A stretch of DNA of 64,000 bases from positions 25,856-89,855 of the forward strand of contig JAAVDB010000001.1 of the NCBI GenBank assembly GCA_014802015.1, given 5' to 3'. Below are positions 18,655-30,625 of this stretch, one piece after another. The position numbers were made by a program, and so were the translations under genes. Under the pieces are notes generated by a model. It did not search any database. It was not told the origin of the DNA and saw nothing but the letters and a program-made list of their open reading frames with translations. This stretch comes from Bacteroides sp. GTDB taxonomy: Bacteria > Bacteroidota > Bacteroidia > Bacteroidales > Muribaculaceae. Each line of letters starts with the position of its first letter. Within the stretch, counting starts at the first letter, position 1.

Positions 18655-19253
18655 CTACGCAGGGCATGCCGTACGAGGCATGGAAAGACAACGAGTATAT
18701 CGAGAAACTCGTCAAGGAGTTGCAGGATAACGGTACTAACGTTATCGTCGGCTCGCTCGACAAACTTATCAACTGGGGGCGGTCTAACTCTATCTGGCCT
18801 CTTACATTCGCCACCAGTTGTTGCGGTATCGAATTTGTGTCGCTTGGAGCGGCACGTTACGATATGGCGCGTTTTGGCTGGGAAGTGGCGCGTGCCTCGC
18901 CCCGTCAGGCTGACTTTATGATGGTGGCCGGTACGATCGTTCACCGTATGGTGCCGGTGTTCCGCCGTCTGTATGATCAGCTCGCCGAGCCTAAGTATGT
19001 GATAGCATGCGGCAGCTGTGCTATCTCAGGCGGCCCGTTCAAGAAGAGCTATCATGTGGCTATGGGCATCGAGGACATCGTGCCTGTCGACGTATTTGTG
19101 CCCGGATGTCCTCCGCGACCCGAGGCGATGATATACGGCATCATGCAGCTCTCGCGTAAGATTAAGGTCGAGAAGTTCTTCGGCGGCGTGAACCGTCAGG
19201 AGAAACAGCAGGACTTTCTGAAGGAACACCCCGTGCCGGGTGTAAATGACTGA
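18645..19253 (+). CDS. nuoB: NADH-quinone oxidoreductase subunit B
   Basis: TSCCGIE (tandem Cys, cluster N2), RASPRQAD, GSCAISGG, VPGCPPRPE. Confidence 0.97.
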   Translation: MEVTTQGMPYEAWKDNEYIEKLVKELQDNGTNVIVGSLDKLINWGRSNSIWPLTFATSCCGIEFVSLGAARYDMARFGWEVARASPRQADFMMVAGTIVHRMVPVFRRLYDQLAEPKYVIACGSCAISGGPFKKSYHVAMGIEDIVPVDVFVPGCPPRPEAMIYGIMQLSRKIKVEKFFGGVNRQEKQQDFLKEHPVPGVND

Positions 19254-19320
19254 GAGCTCTCTCCCCATTCATCATACACCACCATCACATTGTAGAATCA
19301 ATCATCACACCTTATATATA

Positions 19321-20952
19321 ATGGCCAACATACAGGAAAAGATTTCCAAGCTGTTTCCACAAGCCACGTTCGAGCAGACTGACATCCTTGAGATGACGGT
19401 ACCCGACGAGCAGTGGCATGACTTGGCTCACACTCTCCGCCATGATTCGGAGCTGTCGTTTGACTTCCTTGTTACCATCGCAGGTATGGACTGGAAGGAG
19501 AACGGCATTGGCTGTATCTATCAGCTCGTATCGACCGCCCGCAATGAGCGCGTGTCGGTCAAAGTCATGGCTACCGGCGATCGCGAGAAGCCTTTCATTC
19601 ACTCCGTGCATGACGTCTGGGCTATCGCAACAATCTACGAGCGCGAAGTCTACGACTATTTCGGCATCATCTTCATCAACAATCCCGATATGCGTCGCCT
19701 CTTCCTCAATATCGACTGGAAGGGCTATCCCCTGCGCAAGGATTATAATGATGATCCCAACATCAATCCCGTCTCGATCGAGAACGAGCGTCAGACTGAC
19801 TTCACCGACATGTGGGTGGAGAAGGATGGCAAGATCGTCAAGGAGGAGCGCCGTATATTCCAGCCCGATGACTTCGTGGTCAACATCGGTCCTCAGCACC
19901 CCGCCACACACGGTGTGCTCCGATTCCGCACCGCAGTCGACGGTGAGACTATCAAGAAAATCGATATCTATCTGGGCTATATCCACCGTGGTGTCGAAAA
20001 AATATGTGAGGGACTGACCTATCCTCAGACTCTTCACTTCATGGATCGTCTCGATTACTTCTCGGCTCATCCTTATCATCACTGTCTGTGTATGCTCATC
20101 GAGGAGGCTGCCGGTATCGAGATCTCACGCCGCGCGCAGGTGATACGTGTGCTCATGGACGAGTTGTCACGCATAGCTTCGCACTGCCTGTTCATCGGTA
20201 CATACTGTATGGACCTCGGTGCTACCACCATGCTGTTCTACACTCTCCGTGTGCGTGAGCAGATACTTGACATCATGGAGAAGACCTGCGGCGCCCGCAT
20301 GACATTCAATTATGATTGTATCGGTGGCGTAATGCAGGATCTGCATCCCGACTTCGTGAGCGATGTGCATGCGCTGCTCGACGTGCTTCCCGCCAACATC
20401 AAGGAGTATAACAAGATATTCACAGGCAACGTTATCGCGCGTGACCGTATGGAGGGCGTAGGTGTCCTCAGCCGTGGCGATGCTATTTCGTGGGCTGTGA
20501 CCGGACCTAACGGCCGTGGCTCGGGTTGGGCATGCGACGTGCGTAAGTGTGCGCCCTACAGCATCTATTCCGAACTCGATTTCGATGAGGTGGTGCGTCA
20601 TGAGGGTGACTCGATGGCTCGCTTCAAGGTGCGTATGGACGAGATGGTGCAGAGTGCACGCATCATCGCCCAGCTCATTGACAATATCCCCGAAGGCGAT
20701 TATTGCGTGAAGGTACCCAAGGTGCTCAAACTCCCTGTAGGACATTGGTTCAAGATGGTCGAGGGCTGTCGCGGCACATTCGGCATCTATCTCGAAAGCG
20801 ACGGCACCGTCAATCCTTACCGTCTCAAGATCGCTCCTCCCTGTCTGCCGGCCGCCGCTGTGGTCGACCACATCACCCGCGGACAGAAGATCGCTGACCT
20901 TATCACTATCGGTGGTTCGATGGACTATATCGTTCCTGACATCGACCGCTAA
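19321..20952 (+). CDS. nuoCD: NADH-quinone oxidoreductase fused subunit C/D
   Basis: EREVYDYFGI, W.GYPLRKDY (NuoC); NIGPQHPATHGVLR, GYIHRGVEK, DRLDY, C-terminal DIDR (NuoD). Likely start is MANIQEK at 19321. Confidence 0.95.
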   Translation: MANIQEKISKLFPQATFEQTDILEMTVPDEQWHDLAHTLRHDSELSFDFLVTIAGMDWKENGIGCIYQLVSTARNERVSVKVMATGDREKPFIHSVHDVWAIATIYEREVYDYFGIIFINNPDMRRLFLNIDWKGYPLRKDYNDDPNINPVSIENERQTDFTDMWVEKDGKIVKEERRIFQPDDFVVNIGPQHPATHGVLRFRTAVDGETIKKIDIYLGYIHRGVEKICEGLTYPQTLHFMDRLDYFSAHPYHHCLCMLIEEAAGIEISRRAQVIRVLMDELSRIASHCLFIGTYCMDLGATTMLFYTLRVREQILDIMEKTCGARMTFNYDCIGGVMQDLHPDFVSDVHALLDVLPANIKEYNKIFTGNVIARDRMEGVGVLSRGDAISWAVTGPNGRGSGWACDVRKCAPYSIYSELDFDEVVRHEGDSMARFKVRMDEMVQSARIIAQLIDNIPEGDYCVKVPKVLKLPVGHWFKMVEGCRGTFGIYLESDGTVNPYRLKIAPPCLPAAAVVDHITRGQKIADLITIGGSMDYIVPDIDR

Positions 20953-20990
20953 TCATATCATAAATATCCATCCACATCCATCACAAGATT

Positions 20991-22067
20991 ATGCAAGACT
21001 TATCAGTAGGAACTGCCTGGATTCATTCCCTCCTGCTCGGTTATATGCCCGAGTGGCTTGCAGTCACAATCGAGTGCCTGCTCGTAGGAGTGGGACTGAT
21101 GCTTCTCTATGCGGTCCTCGCACTCTTCTATATCTTATTCGAGCGTAAGGTGTGCGCCTATTTCCAGTGCCGCCTCGGTCCTAACCGAGTTGGTCCCTGG
21201 GGATTGCTCCAGAGCGTTGCCGATATGTTCAAGATCCTTATCAAGGAGCTTATCCAGCTCAACCATATCGACAAATTTCTCTTCGCGCTGGCTCCCTATC
21301 TTGTCATCATTGCCTCGATGCTCGCGTTTGCCGTGCTCCCGTGGGGTAACGGTCTGCAGATAATCGATTTTAATGTAGGCATCTTCTTCCTGCTCGCCGT
21401 GTCGTCAATCGGTGTGCTCGGTATACTTCTGGCAGGTTGGTCGTCCAACAATAAGTTCACACTTATCGGTGCACTCCGTTCAGGCGCTCAGATGATCAGC
21501 TATGAGTTGTCGATGGGCCTCTGCGTTGTGACGATGGTCGTAATGGCCGGCTCGATGAATGTCAACGATATAGTGATGGCTCAGGATCATCTGTGGTTTA
21601 TCTTCTCGGGTCATATACCCGCTATCATCGCATTCGTGATCTTTATGATCGCCGGTACGGCCGAGACTAACCGTGGCCCGTTTGACCTCCCCGAGGCAGA
21701 GAGCGAGCTTACCGCAGGTTATCATACAGAGTATTCCGGTATCCACTTCGGATTCTTCTATCTGGCCGAGTATCTGAACCTCTTCATCGTTTCTGGAGTG
21801 GCTGCACTGCTCTTCTTCGGCGGTTGGATGCCCCTCCACATCCCCGGACTCGATGCGTTCAATAACATTATGAATTACATCCCCTCGGTGGTATGGTTCA
21901 TCGGCAAGGCTGTTGCTCTGTCGTTCATCATCATCTGGTTTAAGTGGACATTCCCCCGTCTGCGTATCGACCAGCTGCTCACGCTTGAGTGGAAATATCT
22001 GCTCCCGATTAATCTCTTCAACCTCGTGCTGATGGTGATCGTGGTCACCTATGCCCTCTATCTCTAA
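20991..22067 (+). CDS. nuoH: NADH-quinone oxidoreductase subunit H
   Basis: ERKV...[38 protein letters not shown]. Confidence 0.97.
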   Translation: MQDLSVGTAWIHSLLLGYMPEWLAVTIECLLVGVGLMLLYAVLALFYILFERKVCAYFQCRLGPNRVGPWGLLQSVADMFKILIKELIQLNHIDKFLFALAPYLVIIASMLAFAVLPWGNGLQIIDFNVGIFFLLAVSSIGVLGILLAGWSSNNKFTLIGALRSGAQMISYELSMGLCVVTMVVMAGSMNVNDIVMAQDHLWFIFSGHIPAIIAFVIFMIAGTAETNRGPFDLPEAESELTAGYHTEYSGIHFGFFYLAEYLNLFIVSGVAALLFFGGWMPLHIPGLDAFNNIMNYIPSVVWFIGKAVALSFIIIWFKWTFPRLRIDQLLTLEWKYLLPINLFNLVLMVIVVTYALYL

Positions 22068-22088
22068 ATCATTATCTCTATACATTAA

Positions 22089-23636
<1,548 letters not shown>

Positions 23637-23674
23637 TAATATCACAACGCAATTCTTCACAATAAATCAAGCCG

Positions 23675-23908
23675 ATGACACTCAAAATCATATCTGCCGA
23701 AGACATCATGTTTCAGGGCGAAGCCTCAGTAGTGCACCTTCCCGGTGCTATGGGTGCTTTCACTGTACTCCCCGGCCACGCATCGCTGATATCCACCCTT
23801 ACTTCCGGACGTGTGCGCTACACAGCCGCCGGAGCGGAGCAGAGTGTGGATATACAGGGCGGAATAGCCGATGTCGACAGCGACGTAGTGTCAATATGCA
23901 TATATTAA
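23675..23908 (+). CDS. atpC: F1 ATP synthase epsilon subunit (short, beta-sandwich only)
   Basis: LPG..G.F.VLPGHA.LIS.L..G motif. 77 aa, no C-terminal helical hairpin. Confidence 0.9.
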   Translation: MTLKIISAEDIMFQGEASVVHLPGAMGAFTVLPGHASLISTLTSGRVRYTAAGAEQSVDIQGGIADVDSDVVSICIY

Positions 23909-23918
23909 CCCACCCGCG

Positions 23919-25043
23919 ATGAAAAACATCTTCACAAAAATAGTCCTCGCGCTCATCGCTATCCTTGCTCCGGCAGCGGCTTACGCTTCGGCATCACACG
24001 ATGGTGACGATCAGTCCAAGCAAGAGGGTGTCGATGCCCAGGGCATAATCTTCGAGCACCTCGGCGACGCTTACGGATGGGAAGTTCCCTTCAATCACCA
24101 CAAGCGTATCCCTCTTCCCGTCATCGTATGGGGTTCGGATGGTCTGCACGTGTTCTCATCATCACGTGTCACAGGAGGCGAAGTGTACCGCGACGGTAAT
24201 GCCGAATTTAAGATTGCCGGCAAAGACAGTCCCTACAAGGGTAAGGTGGTAGAGATAATCAATGGCGAGGAGGTCAAGCCTGCCATCGACATTTCCATCA
24301 CTAAGAATGTCTGCGGTATCTTTATCGCTGTCATCGTGTGTGTGTGGTGTATCCTGTCAGTGGCCCGCTGGCACCGCACTCAGGGCACCAAGGCTCCCCG
24401 CAAGATGGTAGGTGCCATCGAGGTGATCATAATGTTTATCTATGACGGTGTGATCAAACCCACGCTCAAGGATAAGGCTCCAAAGTTTGCACCCTATCTT
24501 CTCACGGTGTTCTTCTTCATTTTGATTATGAACCTTTTGGGTCTGATAGTCGTATTTCCCGGCGGTGCAAACCTCACCGGCAATATAGCAGTGACCCTTG
24601 TGCTCTCAATCATCACATTCATCATCACGAATGTATTTGCAACCAAGCATTATTGGAAGGAGATATTCAATCCGGAAGTGCCCTGGTGGCTCAAGTGGCC
24701 TCTGCCAATTATGCCTCTGATCGAGGTGTTCGGTATGTTTACCAAGCCGGCTGCACTCACGGTGCGTCTGTTCGCAAATATGATGGGTGGCCACATGATC
24801 GTTCTCGTTCTCACACTGCTCATCTTCATCTTTGCCGCTATGGGTCCGGTAGTGACCGGTGCAACGGCAGTCGTGTCGATAATATTCTCGGTGTTCATGC
24901 TCTGTATCGACGTTCTTGTGAGCTTCATCCAGGCATACGTTTTCACCATGCTTTCCACCATCTTCATCTCATTGTCGCAGGAAGAAGGTCACGAGGAGCA
25001 TGATAAGCATAAGGAGACACCTGTTGTCCCTCAGAATCCCTGA
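23919..25043 (+). CDS. atpB: Fo ATP synthase subunit a (N-terminal signal peptide plus periplasmic extension)
   Basis: ALTVRLFANMMGGH (essential Arg), IQAYVFTML. Confidence 0.95.
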   Translation: MKNIFTKIVLALIAILAPAAAYASASHDGDDQSKQEGVDAQGIIFEHLGDAYGWEVPFNHHKRIPLPVIVWGSDGLHVFSSSRVTGGEVYRDGNAEFKIAGKDSPYKGKVVEIINGEEVKPAIDISITKNVCGIFIAVIVCVWCILSVARWHRTQGTKAPRKMVGAIEVIIMFIYDGVIKPTLKDKAPKFAPYLLTVFFFILIMNLLGLIVVFPGGANLTGNIAVTLVLSIITFIITNVFATKHYWKEIFNPEVPWWLKWPLPIMPLIEVFGMFTKPAALTVRLFANMMGGHMIVLVLTLLIFIFAAMGPVVTGATAVVSIIFSVFMLCIDVLVSFIQAYVFTMLSTIFISLSQEEGHEEHDKHKETPVVPQNP

Positions 25044-25109
25044 TCACTCTCATCTCAGCTATCTTAAAAAATAATCATTAAAAAATAAACCCCCAAAAAC
25101 TCTACAGTT

Positions 25110-25358
25110 ATGTTAGCAATGATTTTAGCAGCTATCGAAGGAACACTTGGCATCGGTGTATGTATCGGTGCAGGAATCGCAGCAATCGCAGCCGGTATCG
25201 GTATCGGCAAGATCGGTGGCTCTGCAATGGAGGCAATCGCACGTCAGCCTGAGGCTACCGGTGACATCCGAAGCAACATGATCGTAATTGCGGCTCTTAT
25301 CGAGGGTGTGGCTCTCTTCGCCGTGATCGTTTGCGTCCTCGCAATGTTCGTAGGTTAA
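25110..25358 (+). CDS. atpE: Fo ATP synthase subunit c
   Basis: GIGIG glycine motif, ARQPE loop, ALIEGVALF carboxylate. Confidence 0.97.
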   Translation: MLAMILAAIEGTLGIGVCIGAGIAAIAAGIGIGKIGGSAMEAIARQPEATGDIRSNMIVIAALIEGVALFAVIVCVLAMFVG

Positions 25359-25378
25359 GCTCAAGACAGTTATACGCT

Positions 25379-25876
25379 ATGGAACTATTCACGCCTGATT
25401 TTGGCCTGGTATTCTGGATGTTCGTATCGTTTGCCATCCTCTTCGTCGTGTTATGGCGTTGGGGCTGGCCCGCGATCATCAAAGGAGTATCGGACCGTGC
25501 CGACCTCATCGACAAGGGTGTGGAGTATGCTCAAAATGCCAAACTACAGCTTGACCATGCCCGCGAAGAGGCGGATAAATACATAGCAGAAGCCCGTCGC
25601 CAGCAGGCTGATATGCTTCGCGAAGCCGATAAGATGAAGACTCAGATTATCGACGAAGCTCGCGTAGCTGCTCAGGCAGAGGCCAAAAAGGTGATGGACA
25701 GCGCGAAGCAGTCAATCGAGCAGGAGCGCAAGGCCGCGCAGGAACAATTCCGCAACGAGGTCTCGACTTTCGCTCTCGACATCGCACAGAAAGTAGTGCG
25801 CAATCAGATGAAGGAGGAGAAAGCTCAGGAAAAGCTTGTCAACTCTCTGCTTGATGAAATAGAGAAACAAAACTGA
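25379..25876 (+). CDS. atpF: Fo ATP synthase subunit b
   Basis: MELFTPDFGLVFW single TM helix then coiled coil. Start placed at ATG 25379. Confidence 0.93.
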   Translation: MELFTPDFGLVFWMFVSFAILFVVLWRWGWPAIIKGVSDRADLIDKGVEYAQNAKLQLDHAREEADKYIAEARRQQADMLREADKMKTQIIDEARVAAQAEAKKVMDSAKQSIEQERKAAQEQFRNEVSTFALDIAQKVVRNQMKEEKAQEKLVNSLLDEIEKQN

Positions 25877-25916
25877 GGCTGGTAAACCGACCTCTAACTA
25901 TCACTAATCTTAAGTA

Positions 25917-26462
25917 ATGAACCAAGGTCTAATCCCTAACCGCTACGCCAAGGCACTCTATGAGTACGCCGCTGAGAATGGCCGTGACAAGAGCGTGTTT
26001 GACTGTATGCAGAGGCTGGCGGATGCTTTCGCAGCCGAGCCCGAGCTGACCAAGGCCGTGTGCAATCCGTTTGTGTCACGAGCCGATAAGATCAAGCTCC
26101 TCTCAACAGCATCGGACACTCCGGCCGATGACAATGTCATGGCACGATTCATGGACATGCTTGCCGATAACAATCGTCTCGACATGGCGCGTGAGATAGC
26201 CTTGGCATATCTTAAGATATACAGGAAGATGCATAACATACGTCTCGTCACCGTCACCTCGGCCGCTCCGATGGCCAAGGCCGACGAGGACAGACTCAAG
26301 GACTTCATCCAGCGCCATCTCGGTTCGGCAGTGATGGAGTATAATCACCGCATCGATCCCGACCTCATAGGCGGGTTTGTGGTCAATATCGACAACGAGA
26401 AGCTTGACGCCTCTGTTGCTAATGAACTCAAACAGCTGCGCCTGAAACTTTTAAGTAAATAA
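25917..26462 (+). CDS. atpH: F1 ATP synthase delta subunit
   Basis: RYAKAL, IDPDLIGGF, LDASV. Confidence 0.93.
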   Translation: MNQGLIPNRYAKALYEYAAENGRDKSVFDCMQRLADAFAAEPELTKAVCNPFVSRADKIKLLSTASDTPADDNVMARFMDMLADNNRLDMAREIALAYLKIYRKMHNIRLVTVTSAAPMAKADEDRLKDFIQRHLGSAVMEYNHRIDPDLIGGFVVNIDNEKLDASVANELKQLRLKLLSK

Positions 26463-26489
26463 TCCCACATTATTCAATCAGTCTTACCA

Positions 26490-28061
26490 ATGATTAACCC
26501 CAGCGAGATATCTCAGGTACTGAAGCAACAGTTGGAGAACGTCAACTCAAAGGTGTCGTTTGAAGAAACCGGCATCGTCCTCGAAGTGGGAGATGGCGTG
26601 GCTCACGTCTACGGTCTTGATAATGTTTGCGCCAATGAGCTCGTAGAGTTCGAAAACGGTGTGAAGGGCGTGGCCCTCAACCTTGAGGAGAGTAACGTAG
26701 GTGTCATCCTCCTTAATAATGTCAACAAGGTTACCGAAAACATGACCGTGAAACGTACCGGCGAGATTGCTTCAATCAACGTCGGCGACGGCGTGTTCGG
26801 TCGTGTCATCAATGTCCTCGGTCAGCCTATCGACGGTCGCGGACCCATTGACGGCAAGCTCCTCCCAATGCCCCTTGAGCGCAAAGCGCCGGGCGTAATC
26901 TTCCGTCAGCCCGTCAAGCAGCCTCTGCAAACGGGTATCAAGGCTATTGACTCGATGGTGCCCATAGGCCGCGGACAGCGCGAGCTTATCATCGGTGACC
27001 GTCAGATTGGTAAGACTGCTGTCGCAATCGACACAATCATCAATCAGCGCAAGAACTTCGAGGCCGGCAAACCTGTCTACTGTATCTATGTAGCCATCGG
27101 ACAGAAAGGCTCGTCAGTCGCTGCGATCGTCGAGACCCTTCGCCAGCACGGCGCACTTGACTATACCGTAGTCGTTGCCGCTACAGCTTCCGACTCAGCC
27201 TCGATGCGTTATTATGCCCCCTTCGCAGGTGTGGCGATCGGTGAATATATCCGCGACACCGGCCGCGACGCTCTCATCATCTACGATGACCTGTCCAAGC
27301 AGGCTGTAGCATATCGTGAGATCTCGCTCGTGCTCAAACGTCCCTCAGGCCGTGAGGCATATCCCGGTGACATCTTCTATCTCCACAGCCGTCTGCTCGA
27401 ACGTGCCGCCAAGATTATCGACAATCAGCAGGTGGCCGAGAATATGAACGACCTGCCCGAGTCACTCAAAGGCATCGTAAAGGGCGGAGGCTCGCTCACC
27501 GCACTTCCTATTATCGAGACTCAGGCCGGCGACGTATCGGCTTACATCCCGACCAACGTGATCTCGATCACCGACGGTCAGATATTCCTTGAGACTGCGC
27601 TCTTCAACCGTGGTATCCGTCCCGCCATCAATGTGGGTATATCCGTATCGCGTGTGGGTGGTAGCGCTCAGATCAAGTCGATGAAGAAGGTGGCCGGTAC
27701 GCTTAAGATCGATCAGGCACAGTTCCGCGAGCTGGAGTCATTCACCAAGTTCGGCGGCGACATCGATGCCGTGACTGCACGCGTCATCGACAAGGGCCGC
27801 AAGAACGAACGTCTGCTCATCCAGCCTCAGTATTCGCCTATGGCGGTCGAGGATGAGGTGGCAGTGATCTTCTGCGGTACACGCGGTCTGCTCGAAAACG
27901 TACCCCTTGACAAGGTGGCCGAGTTCGAGAAGAACTTCCTGCAGCTCATGCATGCAAAATATCAGTCGGATATGGATGCCATCCGTGCCGGAAAGCTTGA
28001 GGACGAGACAATGGCTCACCTCACTGCGGCCGCTGCTGAAATCGCTGACTCGTATAAATAA
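26490..28061 (+). CDS. atpA: F1 ATP synthase alpha subunit
   Basis: [46 protein letters not shown]. Confidence 0.98.
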   Translation: MINPSEISQVLKQQLENVNSKVSFEETGIVLEVGDGVAHVYGLDNVCANELVEFENGVKGVALNLEESNVGVILLNNVNKVTENMTVKRTGEIASINVGDGVFGRVINVLGQPIDGRGPIDGKLLPMPLERKAPGVIFRQPVKQPLQTGIKAIDSMVPIGRGQRELIIGDRQIGKTAVAIDTIINQRKNFEAGKPVYCIYVAIGQKGSSVAAIVETLRQHGALDYTVVVAATASDSASMRYYAPFAGVAIGEYIRDTGRDALIIYDDLSKQAVAYREISLVLKRPSGREAYPGDIFYLHSRLLERAAKIIDNQQVAENMNDLPESLKGIVKGGGSLTALPIIETQAGDVSAYIPTNVISITDGQIFLETALFNRGIRPAINVGISVSRVGGSAQIKSMKKVAGTLKIDQAQFRELESFTKFGGDIDAVTARVIDKGRKNERLLIQPQYSPMAVEDEVAVIFCGTRGLLENVPLDKVAEFEKNFLQLMHAKYQSDMDAIRAGKLEDETMAHLTAAAAEIADSYK

Positions 28062-28099
28062 TAATTCAGGTAAACATATAATCATCCTCAACACCATAT

Positions 28100-28984
28100 A
28101 TGGCAACACTACGCGAACTCAAAGGACGTATCGGCTCAGTGGCCTCCAGTGAGAAAATCACCGGAGCCATGAAGATGATATCGTCGGCCAAGATGCACCG
28201 CGCCGAGGCCGAACTGCGCCGTCAGCTCCCGTATCGCACTCAGATCGAGACCATCATCGGTAATCTTCTTTCTGCGGATGCCGAGTTCTCGTCGCCTCTG
28301 ACCGAAACGCGCGATGTCAAGCGTGTGGGCATAGTGGTGCTCGGCTCGGATGACGGTCTGTGCGGAGGCTATAATATCAATATCTTCAAAGAGCTTCTGG
28401 CACGCCTGAAAGAGTGCCGTGAGCAGTGGGGTGAGAATGTGGACTTCACAATATTTACCGTTGGCCGTAAGATTCACAAGGCTGTGAGAAAGCTCGTCGA
28501 TCCGCACATCAGTGTGGTCAACAGCGAGGAGGTCAATTCCAAGAGTGCTAATGACGTCATCAAGACATTTGCCGAGACGCTGTCGACACAGTTTCTCGCA
28601 GGTGAGCTTGACGCTGTCAAGCTGCTCTACATGAACTTCCAGAGTGTGAGCCGCCAGCGTCTTCGTTACGAGCAGTATCTGCCTATCGATGCCGCTTCAT
28701 TCTCAGCCGAAGGAGTCAAGGAGCTGTGCCGTCCATATATCTTCGAGCCGGATGCCGCCACGATATTCCGCTCGGTGCTCCCGATGTTCCTGCTCTCGGT
28801 CATGCAGGAGGTGTTTACCGAAAATCGCGCTTCAGAACAGGCCGCACGTATCATGGCCATGCAGAGCGCAAATGACAATGCAAAGAACCTGCTCGAACAG
28901 TTGCAGCTCGAATACAACAAGCTGCGCCAGCAGAGCATAACCACTGAACTGCTCGATATCATCGGCGGTCAGGTGAAAAATTAG
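28100..28984 (+). CDS. atpG: F1 ATP synthase gamma subunit
   Basis: KITGAMKMIS, GLCGGYN, ASEQAARIMAM, YNKLRQQSITTEL. Confidence 0.97.
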   Translation: MATLRELKGRIGSVASSEKITGAMKMISSAKMHRAEAELRRQLPYRTQIETIIGNLLSADAEFSSPLTETRDVKRVGIVVLGSDDGLCGGYNINIFKELLARLKECREQWGENVDFTIFTVGRKIHKAVRKLVDPHISVVNSEEVNSKSANDVIKTFAETLSTQFLAGELDAVKLLYMNFQSVSRQRLRYEQYLPIDAASFSAEGVKELCRPYIFEPDAATIFRSVLPMFLLSVMQEVFTENRASEQAARIMAMQSANDNAKNLLEQLQLEYNKLRQQSITTELLDIIGGQVKN

Positions 28985-29012
28985 CAAAATATAATAATTC
29001 CAATTCTTCAAC

Positions 29013-29753
29013 ATGGGTAGTGTAAAAGACTATTTCTCCAATCTCGGGTCGGGTATCGCAAGCCTTCTGAAAGGTATGTCGGTGACCGGCAAGGAATTTA
29101 TCACCCCAAAGATTACCGAAGAGTACCCCGACAACCGTAATCCGCTTCCGGCAGCCGACCGTTTCCGCGCCGTGCTCACTCTGAAGTATGACGATCAGGG
29201 CAATCACAAGTGCATCGCTTGCGGCACCTGCGAACGTGTATGTCCCAACGGTACGATTTCTCTTGACATCAAACAGGTAGAGACCTGGGATGGCAAGAAG
29301 AAAAAGAAACTCGACAAGTACATGTATGACCTCGGCAGCTGTACGTTCTGTCAGCTCTGTGTCACCAACTGTCCCACGGACGCGCTTGAGTTCAGCAATG
29401 ATTTCGAGCAGGCCGTGTTCACACGCAGCAAGCTTGTCAAGAAACTCAATTATCTCCCTGAGAAGGAGGAGCCGAAACCTACCCCCGAGCAGATAGCCAA
29501 GATGCAGGCTGAGAAGGAGGCCAAGATAGCCGCCGCTAAGGCTGCCGCCGAGGCCAAGAAAGCAGCTGCAGGTGCATCCGCATCGGCCGAGGCAGACCCG
29601 CTGGCCGGTATCGAACTCAACGATGCGCAGAAGAAGGCGCTCGACGCAGCAGCCTCCGATCCTGAGAAGCTCGAAAAGATTCGCGCAGCGATCCTCAAGG
29701 CTGCCCAGCTCAAAGCTGCCAAGGCCGCTCAGGCAGGAGACGCCACCAAGTAG
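29013..29753 (+). CDS. nuoI: NADH-quinone oxidoreductase subunit I (2x[4Fe-4S]) with long Ala/Lys-rich C-terminal extension
   Basis: TEEYP, CIACGTCERVCP, CTFCQLCVTNCP, followed by ~98 low-complexity residues. Confidence 0.93.
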   Translation: MGSVKDYFSNLGSGIASLLKGMSVTGKEFITPKITEEYPDNRNPLPAADRFRAVLTLKYDDQGNHKCIACGTCERVCPNGTISLDIKQVETWDGKKKKKLDKYMYDLGSCTFCQLCVTNCPTDALEFSNDFEQAVFTRSKLVKKLNYLPEKEEPKPTPEQIAKMQAEKEAKIAAAKAAAEAKKAAAGASASAEADPLAGIELNDAQKKALDAAASDPEKLEKIRAAILKAAQLKAAKAAQAGDATK

Positions 29754-29774
29754 TTAAAATCATTATCACAGTAT

Positions 29775-30290
29775 ATGGAATCAGCAGGAAGTATAATTTG
29801 TTACTGGATAATCGCACTCGCGATTGTCATCTTTTCGGTACTGACTGTCACCACGCGCAAGATACTCCGCGCCGCCACCTATCTGCTCTTCACCCTGTTT
29901 GCCACAGCCGCGCTTTACTTCAAGCTCGACTATGAGTTTCTGGGCAGTGTTCAGATTGCGGTCTATGCCGGCGGTATCGTGGTGCTGTTCGTATTCTCGA
30001 TACTCCTCACAACCCGTCCCGGCGACAACAGCGCAAGCCTTGAGTCACGTAAACGTGTGCTCGGTCTGACAGGCGCCATTGCTGCGGCCGCAGCATGCGG
30101 ATGGGCTCTGTGCTCACGTTGCGCCGACCTCTTCACATCGGTGCCTAAGATGTCCAATCCTACAATGCACGAGATCGGTACAGCCATGCTCGGCACGGGT
30201 TACGGTCAGTATCTGCTCCCGTTCGAGGCTGTCAGCGTACTGCTCCTCGCATGTATAATCGGTGGCGTCGTAGTCGCCCGCAAACGTTAA
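29775..30290 (+). CDS. nuoJ: NADH-quinone oxidoreductase subunit J
   Basis: QIAVYAGGIVVLFVF, YLLPFEAVSVLLL. Confidence 0.95.
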   Translation: MESAGSIICYWIIALAIVIFSVLTVTTRKILRAATYLLFTLFATAALYFKLDYEFLGSVQIAVYAGGIVVLFVFSILLTTRPGDNSASLESRKRVLGLTGAIAAAAACGWALCSRCADLFTSVPKMSNPTMHEIGTAMLGTGYGQYLLPFEAVSVLLLACIIGGVVVARKR

Positions 30291-30306
30291 AACTCCCGAT
30301 ACGATT

Positions 30307-30618
30307 ATGGATATAACACTTATATGGTATCTGGTTCCCGCGCTGGTGATGTTCTGCTGCGGGGTGTACGGCTTCCTTACGCGCCGCAACATGATAGCGA
30401 TGCTCATCTCGCTCGAACTGATGCTCAACGCTGTCGATATTAACTTTGTCGTCTTTAACCGTTATCTGTTCCCCGGCACTAATGACGGCTGGATGTTCAC
30501 TCTCTTCGGCATCGCCATCGCTGCCGCCGAGACTGCACTCGCCATCGCCATCATCATCAACCTCTTCAGGGTGAGCAAGAATATCGACGTGGCCGACGCA
30601 ACCAAAATGAAACACTAA
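30307..30618 (+). CDS. nuoK: NADH-quinone oxidoreductase subunit K
   Basis: RRN, SLELMLNA, AAAETA (both conserved Glu). Confidence 0.96.
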   Translation: MDITLIWYLVPALVMFCCGVYGFLTRRNMIAMLISLELMLNAVDINFVVFNRYLFPGTNDGWMFTLFGIAIAAAETALAIAIIINLFRVSKNIDVADATKMKH

Positions 30619-30625
30619 TAGCGAT

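Noticed and set aside
19321-20952. Group 4 [NiFe]-hydrogenase large subunit instead of NuoD
   Set aside because: No N-terminal RxCxxC or C-terminal DPCxxC motif. Quinone-site His/Tyr and the NuoD C-terminus are present.
23919-24300. N-terminal signal peptide and extra domain on ATP synthase subunit a as a novelty
   Set aside because: An extended subunit a with a signal peptide is a known Bacteroidetes/Chlorobi trait.
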